DNA of 64,000 nucleotides from Chloroflexota bacterium. GTDB lineage: Bacteria > Chloroflexota > UBA11872 > VXOZ01. The stretch is from positions 2,592,001 through 2,656,000 of the forward strand of contig OZ244922.1 in the NCBI GenBank assembly GCA_965221905.1, given 5' to 3'. The translations under genes and the position numbers were made by a program. Under the pieces are notes generated by a model. It ran no database searches and had not been told where the DNA came from. It saw nothing but the letters and a program-made list of their open reading frames with translations. Shown here piece by piece: positions 9,985-19,472 of this stretch; position 1 is the stretch's first letter, and the number at the start of each line of letters is the position of its first letter.

Positions 9985-10517
9985 ACGCTCGTGGCGAGCC
10001 TAGTGTCTGCTCATCGTGAGCCGAAAGTCCATTCGTAGCGGGCCTAGTGTCCGCTCGTCCTGCCCTATAGTCCGCTCGCGGTGAGCCTAGATTCCGTTCG
10101 TCCTGCCCTGTATTCCGCTCATCGTGAGCCTAGCGTCTGCTCGTCGTGAGCCGAGAGTCCGTTCGTGGTGGGCCTAGTGTCCGCTCGTCCTGCCCTATAG
10201 TCCGCTCGCGGTGAGCCTAGATTCCGTTCGTCCTGCCCTGTATTCCGCTCATCGTGAGCCTAGCGTCCGCTCGTCGTGAGCCGAAAGCCCATTCGTAGCG
10301 GGCCTAGATTCCGCTCGTCCTGCCCTATAGTCCGCTCGCGGTGAGCCTAGATTCCGCTCGTCCTGCCCTATAGTCCGCTCGCGGTGAGCCTAGATTCCGT
10401 TCGTCCTGCCCTGTATTCCGCTCATCGTGAGCCTAGCGTCTGCTCGTCGTGAGCCGAGAGTCCGTTCGTGGTGGGCCTGGATTCCGTTCGTGGTGAGCTT
10501 GTCGAACCATGAACGGA
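9985..10517. repeat. Non-coding nested tandem array: 23 units of 21-22 bp plus one complete REP-type hairpin
   Basis: Units approximate CCGYTCGT(G/C)(G/C)TGAGCCTAG; six-unit period of 130 bp (unit starts 10051, 10181, 10311); ends in hairpin TCCGTTCGTGGT-gagcttgtcga-ACCATGAACGGA. Confidence 0.95.
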
Positions 10518-10599
10518 CTGCTCCTCACCAGGTGGAAGTGAGCGCGAGAGCGGAGTCGTCCCACGTATTGCTACGCGCAGTCGCTCGAACAGACTGCTG

Positions 10600-10629
10600 T
10601 TGACACTCCCGCCTCGCCATTGCTATCCT
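10600..10629 (+). promoter_or_regulatory. Sigma70-type promoter for rplU-rpmA-tRNA
   Basis: TTGACA (10600-10605), 18-bp spacer, extended -10 TGcTATCCT. Confidence 0.65.
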
Positions 10630-10727
10630 AAGCAATGCAGGGCAGCACGGCCCCTTGGGCAAGTGCGCTCAGAGCCCTGCTCTTTGCATGCTGGCAAAGA
10701 CAAGCATAGAGATTGATGAGGAACATC

Positions 10728-11039
10728 GTGTTCGCAGTCGTCGAAATCGCCGGAAAGCAATATCGCGTCAGTCCCGGAGACCGTATCGCAGTTGAAAGAC
10801 TAGAGGCAGAATCGGGCAGTGAAATCACGCTGGATTCCGTTCTTCTGACCTCCACCGATGATGGCGTTACCATAGGTACACCGGCAATTGCCGGGGCCAA
10901 CATTCGCGCCAACGTGATTGGTGAAGAAAAAGATAGCAAGGTGCTCGTTCTCAAGTACAAACGGAAGAACCGGTACCGGCGCCTTTCAGGCCACCGGCAC
11001 ACATACACTATTCTTGAGATCGCTTCTATCAACACCTAA
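10728..11039 (+). CDS. rplU: 50S ribosomal protein L21
   Basis: MFAVVEIAGKQYRV...KYKRKNRYRRLSGHR; GTG start after GAGG; adjacent to rpmA. Confidence 0.96.
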   Translation: MFAVVEIAGKQYRVSPGDRIAVERLEAESGSEITLDSVLLTSTDDGVTIGTPAIAGANIRANVIGEEKDSKVLVLKYKRKNRYRRLSGHRHTYTILEIASINT

Positions 11040-11112
11040 AAGTGTTGAGCGGTTTCGCAGGAAGCATAGAGCACTCCAAGAGCTCACCATACGAACGAGG
11101 AGTAACTAACAA

Positions 11113-11370
11113 GTGGCACAGAAAAAAGCCGGCGGCAGCAGCCGTAATGGGCGCGATAGCGCGGGTAGGCGGCTTGGCGTAAAACGTACCGACGGACAGG
11201 TCGTACGCGCGGGAAACATCCTGGTGCGCCAGCGCGGCACGCCGATCAGCCCCGGTGAAAACGTCGGCATAGGTAAAGACCATACGCTCTTTGCCAAAGT
11301 CGACGGCGTCGTCAAGATTGAGACCTTCGGCCGCGATTCCAAACGCGCCATCATCGTTCCTCTCGGCTAA
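11113..11370 (+). CDS. rpmA: 50S ribosomal protein L27
   Basis: [16 protein letters not shown]...RLGVK...ILVRQRGT...[12 protein letters not shown]. Confidence 0.98.
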   Translation: MAQKKAGGSSRNGRDSAGRRLGVKRTDGQVVRAGNILVRQRGTPISPGENVGIGKDHTLFAKVDGVVKIETFGRDSKRAIIVPLG

Positions 11371-11392
11371 TACACCAATCAGACCTCGCTTT

Positions 11393-11467
11393 GGGCCGGT
11401 AGCTCAGTGGGAGAGCGCTGCGTTCGCATCGCAGAAGTCGGGGGTTCAAATCCCCCTCGGTCCACCA
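11393..11467 (+). tRNA. tRNA-Ala (anticodon CGC)
   Basis: Full cloverleaf; anticodon arm CTGCG-TTCGCAT-CGCAG; T-arm GGGGG-TTCAAAT-CCCCC; G3:U70 pair; encoded CCA. Confidence 0.97.
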
Positions 11468-11544
11468 AACTTCGTTATACGCCACACTGATTTGAGACGC
11501 ATCCCCGTCCTAGACCAGCGCTACACAATGAGACGACGATAGCC

Positions 11545-12201
11545 ATGGAGATGGAGCCCGTCACGGAGGGCTGCACCGATTCCCTCGCCGGGGGCGATGA
11601 CATGCGCGGAGACAGGTGGGGAATCGAAGGGCCGCCCGAAGAAGCGTACTCCCGCGTAACCAACCCGGAACGCTTCCAGCCTCTGCACGCCGCAGCGACG
11701 GAGTTACTCGACCGGCTGGAGCGAGAGTTTGCGGTCGAGCGGCTAGAGGGACCGGATGCCGACGACGAACTGGGCAGCAAAAGCCTTGCGCGTCCTGCGA
11801 TCAGACTCACCCCGCACGACCCCCAAGCAGCACCAATCGTGGTGGCTTTTACTGAGTTTCCAGGGCTGCATGTCAGGTTCGGCTCTTGGCGCACAGAGCC
11901 ATTTCCCAATTGTGGCTGCGACGCCTGCGACGAAACGGCCGACGAGGAGATAGGGAAGATGACCGAAATGGTGGAAGCCATCGTCGCCGGCGGGTTCCGC
12001 GAGGCGATGCGAGTGCCTCCGCTGTTGGGGAGCGGTCGGCGGGTATCAGAGTTCCGGTTTAGCGACGGCCACGGCGGTTTTAGCCGCTCTGGAAGCCGCG
12101 TCCCGCGCTCCCGCGCCCTCGAGATGACGGGGGGCAAACTGAACGTGACGCTGGAGTGGAAGCCCTGGCCCCGACGTATTTCAACCGCCGCGCCGCCCTA
12201 G
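11545..12201 (+). CDS. Hypothetical protein, DUF6226-like (start may be the Met about 19 codons downstream)
   Basis: WGxxGPPEEAYSRVTNPERFQPLH and FPNCGCDACDE motifs, recalled from this family. Confidence 0.7.
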   Translation: MEMEPVTEGCTDSLAGGDDMRGDRWGIEGPPEEAYSRVTNPERFQPLHAAATELLDRLEREFAVERLEGPDADDELGSKSLARPAIRLTPHDPQAAPIVVAFTEFPGLHVRFGSWRTEPFPNCGCDACDETADEEIGKMTEMVEAIVAGGFREAMRVPPLLGSGRRVSEFRFSDGHGGFSRSGSRVPRSRALEMTGGKLNVTLEWKPWPRRISTAAPP

Positions 12202-12657
12202 CGCTGCTGAGAATGGTCGACGCTCCATAGCAGGCTCGTGCCACGCGATGAAATGACGACGGCCATAAGGACGGAGCCCGACACCAAGAGTTGCGTCGAT
12301 ACCCTCGCCCAGGGGCTGGCGGCTCCCGGGTCAGGGGAGGTACGGGCCGACGCGGCTAGGATATGAACTAGGGTGTGTAGGTGGTATTTCTGCATCCCAT
12401 AACATTGGTAGTTATGAGTCGCAGACCCTGGAAAGCTCACAGGGCGACCTCCCGCCGAAAAGTTCGCAGTACAGTCCGCTCAGTCCCACCGCACTGGACA
12501 AGATCGAGAAATTTCGTGTTGAATTTCAGGCTGGCGCTGTGATTGGCGTCCCGACCCTCGCCGGGCCAGCCACCCGTCCCAGCTATCTCTAGAATTGGCA
12601 ATCGGACGGACGCATTCTATACTAAGCCACATTCAGAGAAGCGGTGAAGGAAGCGAA

Positions 12658-13095
12658 ATGTTGCGGCTGGGGGTGATTGCGATCCTCGGTTTTGTGCTGG
12701 CCTTGGCGGTAGCATGTGGTGGAGAAGGCAACGTGTACGACATCAGGGAAGGGGACTGCCTCAACTACGAGGAGTCGGAGGAGTTAAGTGATGTCGACTT
12801 CATACAGTGCGATGATCCGCATCAGCGCGAGGTGTACGCCGTAGTCTCGATCGGGGTAGATGCAGGCCTGCCATACCCCGGCTCTACCCGCGTGGAGGAA
12901 GTGGCATTGAACCTCTGCTTGGAGCGCTTCGGCTAGTTTGCCGGGCTCCCCTACTCCGAATCGCTGCTCGAAATCGAGACGTTCTTTCCAACCCAGGATT
13001 CGTGGGAAGACATAGACGACCGAGAAGTCATTTGCATGCTGTACGACCTCGAAGAGCTTTACATGGAAGGGTCCATGCGAGGCAGCGAGCGATAA
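12658..13095 (+). pseudogene. Septum_form-domain lipoprotein interrupted by in-frame TAG (12934-12936)
   Basis: Lipobox AVAC; GDCL..CDDPHQREVY..C; reading continues in frame after the stop with PTQDSW..DREVICML..GSMRG. Confidence 0.75.
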
Positions 13096-13101
13096 TAGCT
13101 A

Positions 13102-13333
13102 TGGAAATGGAGGGGGAACGCCCGTTTGGTCGCACGACGGAATCATTTGTACAGGTGAGACCTACAAGCAGATCGTCAAGCTGACCTTCGCCAAGGGCGC
13201 CTTCTTCGCGGACGCCCACCATCTGTTCAACGCTGGATTGACGGAAATCGTCCGTCGAGCGATCGACCCTCGGGCAGAGGATGAGATTGACGGTCCCTCG
13301 TTTCAAGACCTGATCCGGGAGGCCGTCGCCTAG
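13102..13333 (+). pseudogene. DUF1801/YdhG-like protein, C-terminal fragment
   Basis: WKWRG (frameshift) TPVWSHDGIICTGETYKQIVKLTFAKGA...HLFNA...RRAID...FQDLIREAVA*; no N-terminus. Confidence 0.75.
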
Positions 13334-13637
13334 AACCAAGACCATCCGCCCAGACAACGCCGTTCCTCAGGTAAGGGCTCGTCCGGTCGATGAGCGCTCC
13401 CGTGCGAGGGCCGAGTCCCGCGCCATCCGCTCACGGCGAGCAGCCCTCGCCGACCGACTGTTCTGCTCGAGTATCGCCCCGCCCGAGGCGCTCGAAAGGC
13501 AGGGCGGCCTCAGCGTCATGACCACCTCGAAAGATCGCAGTACAGGGCACGTTGGCCCGCCAGAATTAGGCTTTTGGATTTCTTGCCGACCAATTTAGCC
13601 GCGCGAAGCGCGGATTGGAATGAATGCAATGATCGTC

Positions 13638-13895
13638 ATGACGTCCAAGCAGTCAGCGAAAATCGCAAAGCAGGCCGGCGCGAAGCCGACTCTCCTCGCA
13701 TGGGGCAACCCTTAAGTTGGGAAGGCCGCCGGCGACGTCCCAGTGCAGGCCTACATTGCGGCCTTGCCAGGATGGAAATGCGGCAGCGGGCGCTGCCTCG
13801 ACGCGCTCATCGTGCGCAGTGTGCCTAACGTGCGAAAGGCCGTGAGGTGGAACTCGCCTTTCCAGGCATCGAGGGCCAGGGCTGGTTCTTTTGGC
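13638..13895 (+). pseudogene. Second DUF1801-family gene remnant
   Basis: KPTLLAWGNP*VGKAAGDVPVQAYIAALPGWK...LDALIVRSVPNVRKAVRWNSPF (frameshift) GIEGQGWF; stop at 13713-13715, then truncated. Confidence 0.72.
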
Positions 13896-14242
13896 TCCGC
13901 GTATTCACTCCTCAGTCCCCCCCCCAGCCAGCCTGCCAAGTTACAGCTACTCCTTTGGATCGGATCGCCCCCATGTGAAGTGCGATCCCATTTGGTTTTG
14001 CGGCAGCGCAGCCGATGAGAAAGTAGGGATCTAGAAGAATCCTGGCTCCGATTTCTTCTACCCCAAGTCCTAAGGTATTTTCATCAGGTGTCCTGCTTAG
14101 ATAGACTTGGAGTTAAATGCATAAGGGGTCAGCAACATGCAATTGTACGCAACCCCAGCTTTGCCGCGCCTATCGCTAGGCAAGTCACCTGGCCCCCTCT
14201 CCCCGGAGCGGCTTGTCATCCCGGCCACTTTTATGGCAAAGT

Positions 14243-14280
14243 GAGACCCCGCGCTGGGTGGTGGTTTAGCGCGGGGTCTC
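14243..14280. terminator. Strong GC-rich hairpin (possible terminator or part of a structured RNA)
   Basis: 13-bp perfect stem GAGACCCCGCGCT / AGCGCGGGGTCTC; only a weak U-tract on the minus strand. Confidence 0.5.
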
Positions 14281-14807
14281 GGGGAAAGTGGAGTGGACGG
14301 AAATCTAATTAATCAAGGGCATGGTGCCAAGCCGAGTCGCTTTCTTTTGCGACCGGCGGAGCATTTGTCTAAGGCGTGGCCTAAGACTTGGTACATCCCT
14401 TGCTCGACGGTGCATGCTGCACACCCGGTAAGTCCGTGGTGTTCGCAGTTTCCTTAACTAAGTCTGCAATAGTCAACACTCGCAAACAATATAACACATT
14501 CATATTATTCTTGCCAAATACTCTCCAAGCGGGATTCTTGAGACGCTTATCCTAGTAGATGGTGCTTCCAGCAGTCGCATGGGATCGATGCGGCGCCCTT
14601 ACTCCTCAGCAATGTGAGACTCAATTATGATACTGTTGTGTCATAGACGGATATTGCATTTATCCCTACCATTAGTCATTACTTCCTTAACTATTTTGCA
14701 GGGCGCTGTGAAGTAATTAGTCTATAGTCCCTTCAAGTCGCCATAGGTTCTTTTTCCCTCGCTATCGTTAGCCAAACAGCCGTTCAACCCATCAAGGTCT
14801 CAATGAA

Positions 14808-15500
14808 ATGATTGCAGCAGGGCTTTTTACTGCGCTGGCAAACGCTTCCTGCGCCGCGTATGCCGTCTCCGTAGACCAGACCATTGTCTTCTGGAACCGC
14901 GCTGCAGAGCGAATTCTCGGCTACACTTCTGAGGAAGTCTTAGGTCGCCGTTGCTATGAGGTTGTAAATGGCCGCGCTCCAGGCGCCTTGACAGAGCAGT
15001 GTTTGAAGGGATGTCCTTCAATCCGTTACCTGCGGGCGGGATTAGTGCCGGCCGCGTCCCGGCTGCACGTGCTCTGCGCCTCTGGTGAGCGAAAGTGGGT
15101 CAGCGTCACGCCCATGGTAGTGGCAGGCATATTGGAAGATGCGCCCCTGCTCGTGCACCTCTTTGAGGACGGCAGTGATGCGGAAGACGCCACCTCATCC
15201 ATATTCGCCCTGCGGGAAGCGATGACAACAGGCGGCGCTGACATTCTGTCGGACCATCCCGCCTCTCTACCAACCCAGACTGAGGCTCCGGCATTGACGC
15301 ACCGGGAGCTGGATGTGCTGCGCCTGGTCGCACTCGGTTGGGACACGCCCCGCATTGCCGGCGAACTAGGCATCAGCCGACACACGGTGCGCAACCACAT
15401 TCGCAATCTGCGGCAGAAGCTCGGAGCAAGCACCAAGCTCGAAGCTGTGGTTACGGGTATTCGCCTGGGCATCCTGCCAATCAGCGGCCCATCGCCATAA
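14808..15500 (+). CDS. PAS-domain/LuxR-HTH transcriptional regulator
   Basis: IVFWNRAAERILGY..EVLGRRCYEV (PAS); LTHRELDVLRLVALG..IAGELGISRHTVRNHIRN (LuxR HTH). Confidence 0.92.
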   Translation: MIAAGLFTALANASCAAYAVSVDQTIVFWNRAAERILGYTSEEVLGRRCYEVVNGRAPGALTEQCLKGCPSIRYLRAGLVPAASRLHVLCASGERKWVSVTPMVVAGILEDAPLLVHLFEDGSDAEDATSSIFALREAMTTGGADILSDHPASLPTQTEAPALTHRELDVLRLVALGWDTPRIAGELGISRHTVRNHIRNLRQKLGASTKLEAVVTGIRLGILPISGPSP

Positions 15501-16029
15501 ACGCATCACGTGCGTAGAACGCTCTACTGGACGGTAGAGAGAAACGGCGCCCAGGGAGTCGCAGGTGGGATATTCAGGGACGTGTCGCGCACATTCTTCG
15601 CCTGTCTCGCTCCCCGATCCAATGCAATCTCACAAAGCCGTGCGACACAGCCGGCTAGGGTGCGGCGCAACGCTGTCGCGACCAACAGAGCAACTACACC
15701 TCTGTCGCGTCTTCGTTAATGGGTTGAGGAGCAATTGAAGTTACGTCGGCGCAGTCGCTGACGAGGATTCTCAGCTTCCGACTACTCTCGCTTCTTTGCA
15801 TTGACAGCGAAACCCGCCGCATGAGCAATGACTCTCGGCGCGACTAACGAAACTGGGCTAGGAAAACAAGAATCTTCGTCTGGGGACCATTAGGAATTGT
15901 CAACGCAAATCGTCTAGACTAGATGGGGTGTGGGGCCTTTTCTTCTGCGCCATTCACTATTGGGTTCCCCCTGGGGTGGAACTCCGAAAACTGATCCAAC
16001 ACATATGAATTGAGCAAAGTCATCCGGTG

Positions 16030-16836
16030 ATGAATAGAATCACACATCTGGCCCAGCGCATAACGAGCGCGCGGGCATTTGAATTCGGCATTATTGTCAT
16101 CATCATTCTCAATGCCCTGCTGCTCGGTCTCGGCACCTCACCTGCCATAGAAGAGCAATACGGCAACTGGATTCAGTTCTTATATGAAGTGGCCCTGGCA
16201 ATCTTTGTCTTGGAGGCGCTATTGAAGATGGTGGCGTCGTCGCCGCGGGTAGTGGGTTACTTTCGCGATGGTTGGAACGTCTTCGACTTTTTAGTGGTCG
16301 CACTGGCCCTGATACCGGTAACCGGACAGTTCGCTACTATCGCCCGGCTGGTCCGTCTGCTGCGCGTAATGCGGCTCGTGTCGACCATCAAAGACCTGCG
16401 CGTAATCGTTACTGCGCTTGTCAGCTCTATTCCAAGTGTGGGACACGTCATCATGCTGATGGGCATCATCGTATATATCTACGCCATCATTGGCATTCAC
16501 TTGTTCAGCGAGCATGACCCGGAGCATTGGCGAAACGTCGGTATTGCCGTCCTTACGCTCTTCAATATCATCACGTTCGATGGGTGGACTGATGTCATGT
16601 TCACCGCAATGGACCTCAATCCCCTGGCATGGGTCTATTTCGTCAGTTTCGTGGTGGTCGGCACTTTCGTGGTGATCAATCTATTCATCGCCATTATCAT
16701 CGACAAGATGGGTGACGCTAAGCTGGAGCGTATCCTTGATCAAGAGAACCCTGTGTCACGGGAGGAACTTCTGCAGGAGCTCCGCGCCACCAAGGAAACG
16801 CTGCAAAAGCTTGAAGAGCGGATACAGGACAATTAG
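16030..16836 (+). CDS. Voltage-gated cation channel, BacNav-like (6TM ion transporter)
   Basis: YFRDGWNVFDF, S4 ARLVRLLRVMRLV, pore LFNIITFDGWTDVM, S6 FVVINLFIAII, C-terminal coiled coil. Confidence 0.92.
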   Translation: MNRITHLAQRITSARAFEFGIIVIIILNALLLGLGTSPAIEEQYGNWIQFLYEVALAIFVLEALLKMVASSPRVVGYFRDGWNVFDFLVVALALIPVTGQFATIARLVRLLRVMRLVSTIKDLRVIVTALVSSIPSVGHVIMLMGIIVYIYAIIGIHLFSEHDPEHWRNVGIAVLTLFNIITFDGWTDVMFTAMDLNPLAWVYFVSFVVVGTFVVINLFIAIIIDKMGDAKLERILDQENPVSREELLQELRATKETLQKLEERIQDN

Positions 16837-17024
16837 AACTTTGCCGCAGGCTACCGATTCAGGTCAGGCAGCGGGCTCGCCTTAACGCGGCATCCTGCTG
16901 GCGCTTGGGGTTATTGGCGTGCTTGGCACACTCCTCATCGCCGGTTACTACGGATCCAGAGGCAAGCCGGCCTAGGGGCAACTCCAGTACAAGCTGTCCG
17001 CGCTTAGGTTCGCTTGCCGACACG

Positions 17025-17066
17025 AAAGGGCCTTCGTTGCTCCTTTGGGAACCGAAGGCCTTTTTG
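17025..17066. terminator. Intrinsic terminator, probably bidirectional
   Basis: AAAGGGCCTTCG...CGAAGGCCTTTTT stem with flanking A and T tracts. Confidence 0.65.
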
Positions 17067-17150
17067 CAATGGATATTGTCAAACTTCGCCGGCATTGAGT
17101 TGTATAATGTCTGATATCACTGCCGAAGACCGTTCCGGAGACAGTTCCAA

Positions 17151-18893
17151 ATGGCTTCGCTACCTTCCCAGAGTCCGCGCTACGAGGCGCACGAGAATCC
17201 GCCCTTCTTGGCAACCTTGGGGTATGGGTTTCAGTTTAGCCTGCTCGCTTCCGCCACCCTCCTGGTAACGCCCGTTATCGTGGCAAAGGCATCGGGCCGC
17301 GACGACTCCTACCTCCTCTGGATGGTCTTTGCTTCTCTGATCGTAGTGGGCATAACCACGCTCTTGCAGGTGCGCCGCATCGGTCCTGTTGGCGGACGGG
17401 CCGTGCTTCCCATGTTCACGGCTGCTTTCTCTATCCCCTTCTGTATCACGGCGGTGGTGGATGGTGGGCCTGCCACTCTGGCGATGCTTGTAGTCGTCTC
17501 CGGCATCTGCCAGTTGATTATCTCGAAATGGCTCTTCATCCTGCGGCGCATGGTCACGCCCACTGTAGGCGGCACTGTGATGATGATTCTCTCCATCACG
17601 CTGGCCTCCGTTGTCTTCGCTCTGTTGGATGAAGCATCGACTGTAGAGCCCACGGCCGCGACCGCGACCGCGCTGGCGACGCTCCTCGTTGTTTCCATTC
17701 TCACCTTTCGCGGGACTCCATTTCTGCGCCTCTGGGCACCGCCGATCGGTATCGTCGTCGGTTGCCTCGTGGCTGCAAGTTTCGGCACGTACGAAATCGA
17801 TCGGGTGCTGCAAGCGCCGTGGGTTGGGTTACCCAGCGAGTGGCCGGATCTTAGGCCCAACTTCGGCATCCCGTTTTGGACCATCCTGCCGTCTTTCGTC
17901 TTCCTGGGCATCATCATTTCCATTCAAGCCAACGGCGAATCCATCGCCCTCCAGCGGGTATCAAGCCGCGAGCCCCGGGCTATCGACTTCCGGCAGGTGC
18001 AAGGCACGCTTGCCGGCGGCGGCATAGGCAATATCCTGAGCGGCATTGCGGGCGCTGTACCCATCATCATCCATCCGGGCACAGTCGCATTTACGCAAGT
18101 CGCCAGTGTTGCTTCTCGCCGGGTCGGCTACCTCATCGGCAGCCTCTTCATCATCATGGCCTTTGTGCCCAAGCTCTCCGGATTGCTCAGTACCATTCCC
18201 GGCCCCGTCATGGCAGGCTACCTTACGCTGGTGACGGGCACCCTGTTCGTTGACGGCGCGCAGCTTGTGATACAAAGCGAACAAAACCGACAAAAAGTGG
18301 TCGTGGCGGGGGTTTCCTTCTGGATTGGCGCTGCTTTCCAATTCAAACTCTTCGCTTTGCCGGCCCTGGGCCCGGTGTGGGATACGCTCCTCAAGAGCGG
18401 CATCTCAACCGGCGGTTTCGCCGCCATCATCATGCTCGTGTTCTTGGAGGTCACGGCCCATCGCAACATACGCTTCAAGGCGCAACTTCACATCGACACA
18501 CTGCCGGAACTCAACGAGTTCATCACCAAGTTCTCTGCCAGCAGAGGCTGGAATACCGCGATGACGGAACGCCTCATGGCAGTGGGGGAAGAGACGCTCC
18601 TCACCCTCGCGCCGCTAGACCTGGAAGGTGATGATGATGAAGAGCACGATGGGCGGCAATTGGTCGTCTTAGTATCCAGTGAGGGCCCCGTGGCAGACCT
18701 GGAATTCATCGGCGGTGGAGACGATGAGAACCTGGAAGACCGCATCCGCCAGCTCCAGCAGCACGATTCGGAAACCCCCGTCGAACAGGAACTTTCCCTC
18801 CGCCTCCTCCGCAACTTCGCCGACTCCGTCCAGCACAAGCAGTACCAAAACAACGACGTCATCACCGTCCGCGTCACAGCGCCGGAGTCTTAA
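17151..18893 (+). CDS. NCS2 (xanthine/uracil permease, SLC23) family transporter with about 150-aa soluble C-terminal domain
   Basis: Many TM segments; PTVGGTVMMIL, VASRRVG, FVPKLSGLLSTIPGPVMAG, LLKSGISTGG. Confidence 0.85.
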   Translation: MASLPSQSPRYEAHENPPFLATLGYGFQFSLLASATLLVTPVIVAKASGRDDSYLLWMVFASLIVVGITTLLQVRRIGPVGGRAVLPMFTAAFSIPFCITAVVDGGPATLAMLVVVSGICQLIISKWLFILRRMVTPTVGGTVMMILSITLASVVFALLDEASTVEPTAATATALATLLVVSILTFRGTPFLRLWAPPIGIVVGCLVAASFGTYEIDRVLQAPWVGLPSEWPDLRPNFGIPFWTILPSFVFLGIIISIQANGESIALQRVSSREPRAIDFRQVQGTLAGGGIGNILSGIAGAVPIIIHPGTVAFTQVASVASRRVGYLIGSLFIIMAFVPKLSGLLSTIPGPVMAGYLTLVTGTLFVDGAQLVIQSEQNRQKVVVAGVSFWIGAAFQFKLFALPALGPVWDTLLKSGISTGGFAAIIMLVFLEVTAHRNIRFKAQLHIDTLPELNEFITKFSASRGWNTAMTERLMAVGEETLLTLAPLDLEGDDDEEHDGRQLVVLVSSEGPVADLEFIGGGDDENLEDRIRQLQQHDSETPVEQELSLRLLRNFADSVQHKQYQNNDVITVRVTAPES

Positions 18894-19008
18894 CCTGCCG
18901 CTGGCCGAGTGTTAACGGCTGCGCCACATGGCCTGGCCGCGTATACTAAGTCTCAACCGTAGCCCCATACGTTTACCAAGGAAAGCCTATTGAGCGCTCT
19001 CAACATCA

Positions 19009-19380
19009 GTAGCTTTATCGCGGCATTGCCGATGTCGAACTGCGCGATGTCTACGTGCGGGGCAAGTACTACGACGTCTTTTGCCCATGACCGCAATTCG
19101 CTGGTTGGACGCAGTGCTGGAGCCCACCAGGACGCGATGCTCAGCATGAAGGAGCAGTTGGACTAGTCTAGCATTGCAAACCAAGACTCCGCGCTGCGCC
19201 GGGTCGCCGGCCAAGCCTGCTATAACACCTCTCGCTTTCAGCTCCGCGACCTCGCCCGGCGAGTCGTCAGCAGCTGGCAGGGACCTTGAGAATTACGTTG
19301 ATGGCCTCTTGCCCAGCGTCCAAGGCATTTTGGGAAAGTTCGATTTTCGCAACCAGAATTCCAGACTCATGGAAGCGGAT
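19009..19380 (+). pseudogene. hsdM: Type I restriction-modification methyltransferase N-terminal remnant
   Basis: Across frameshifts: SFI..IADVELRDVYVRGKYYDV..PMTAIRWLDAVLEPT...YNTSRFQLRDL...ENYVDG..PSVQGILGKFDFRNQ. Confidence 0.8.
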
Positions 19381-19437
19381 GGCTCGACGCCCATCGCGGG
19401 CGTTGCGGAATCTCTGTGTTCTGGATAGAGCATTTTG

Positions 19438-19466
19438 TTGCCAAAATGCACACTTCGTGTGATAAT
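19438..19466 (+). promoter_or_regulatory. Promoter of the toxin-antitoxin operon, probably leaderless mRNA
   Basis: TTGCCA-17 bp-GATAAT with TG extension; ATG 6 nt after the -10 and no RBS. Confidence 0.5.
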
Positions 19467-19472
19467 TGACGC

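Noticed and set aside
9985-10517. CRISPR array interpretation of the repeat
   Set aside because: Units are contiguous, the variable parts recur periodically rather than being unique spacers, and there are no cas genes in the window
15700-16029. Ion-sensing riboswitch upstream of the channel gene
   Set aside because: No fluoride, yybP-ykoY, M-box or Na+ consensus could be matched convincingly by eye
16860-16976. Short hydrophobic reading frame GILLALGVIGVLGTLLIAGYYGSRGKPA*
   Set aside because: No start codon or RBS; at most an unassignable gene tail
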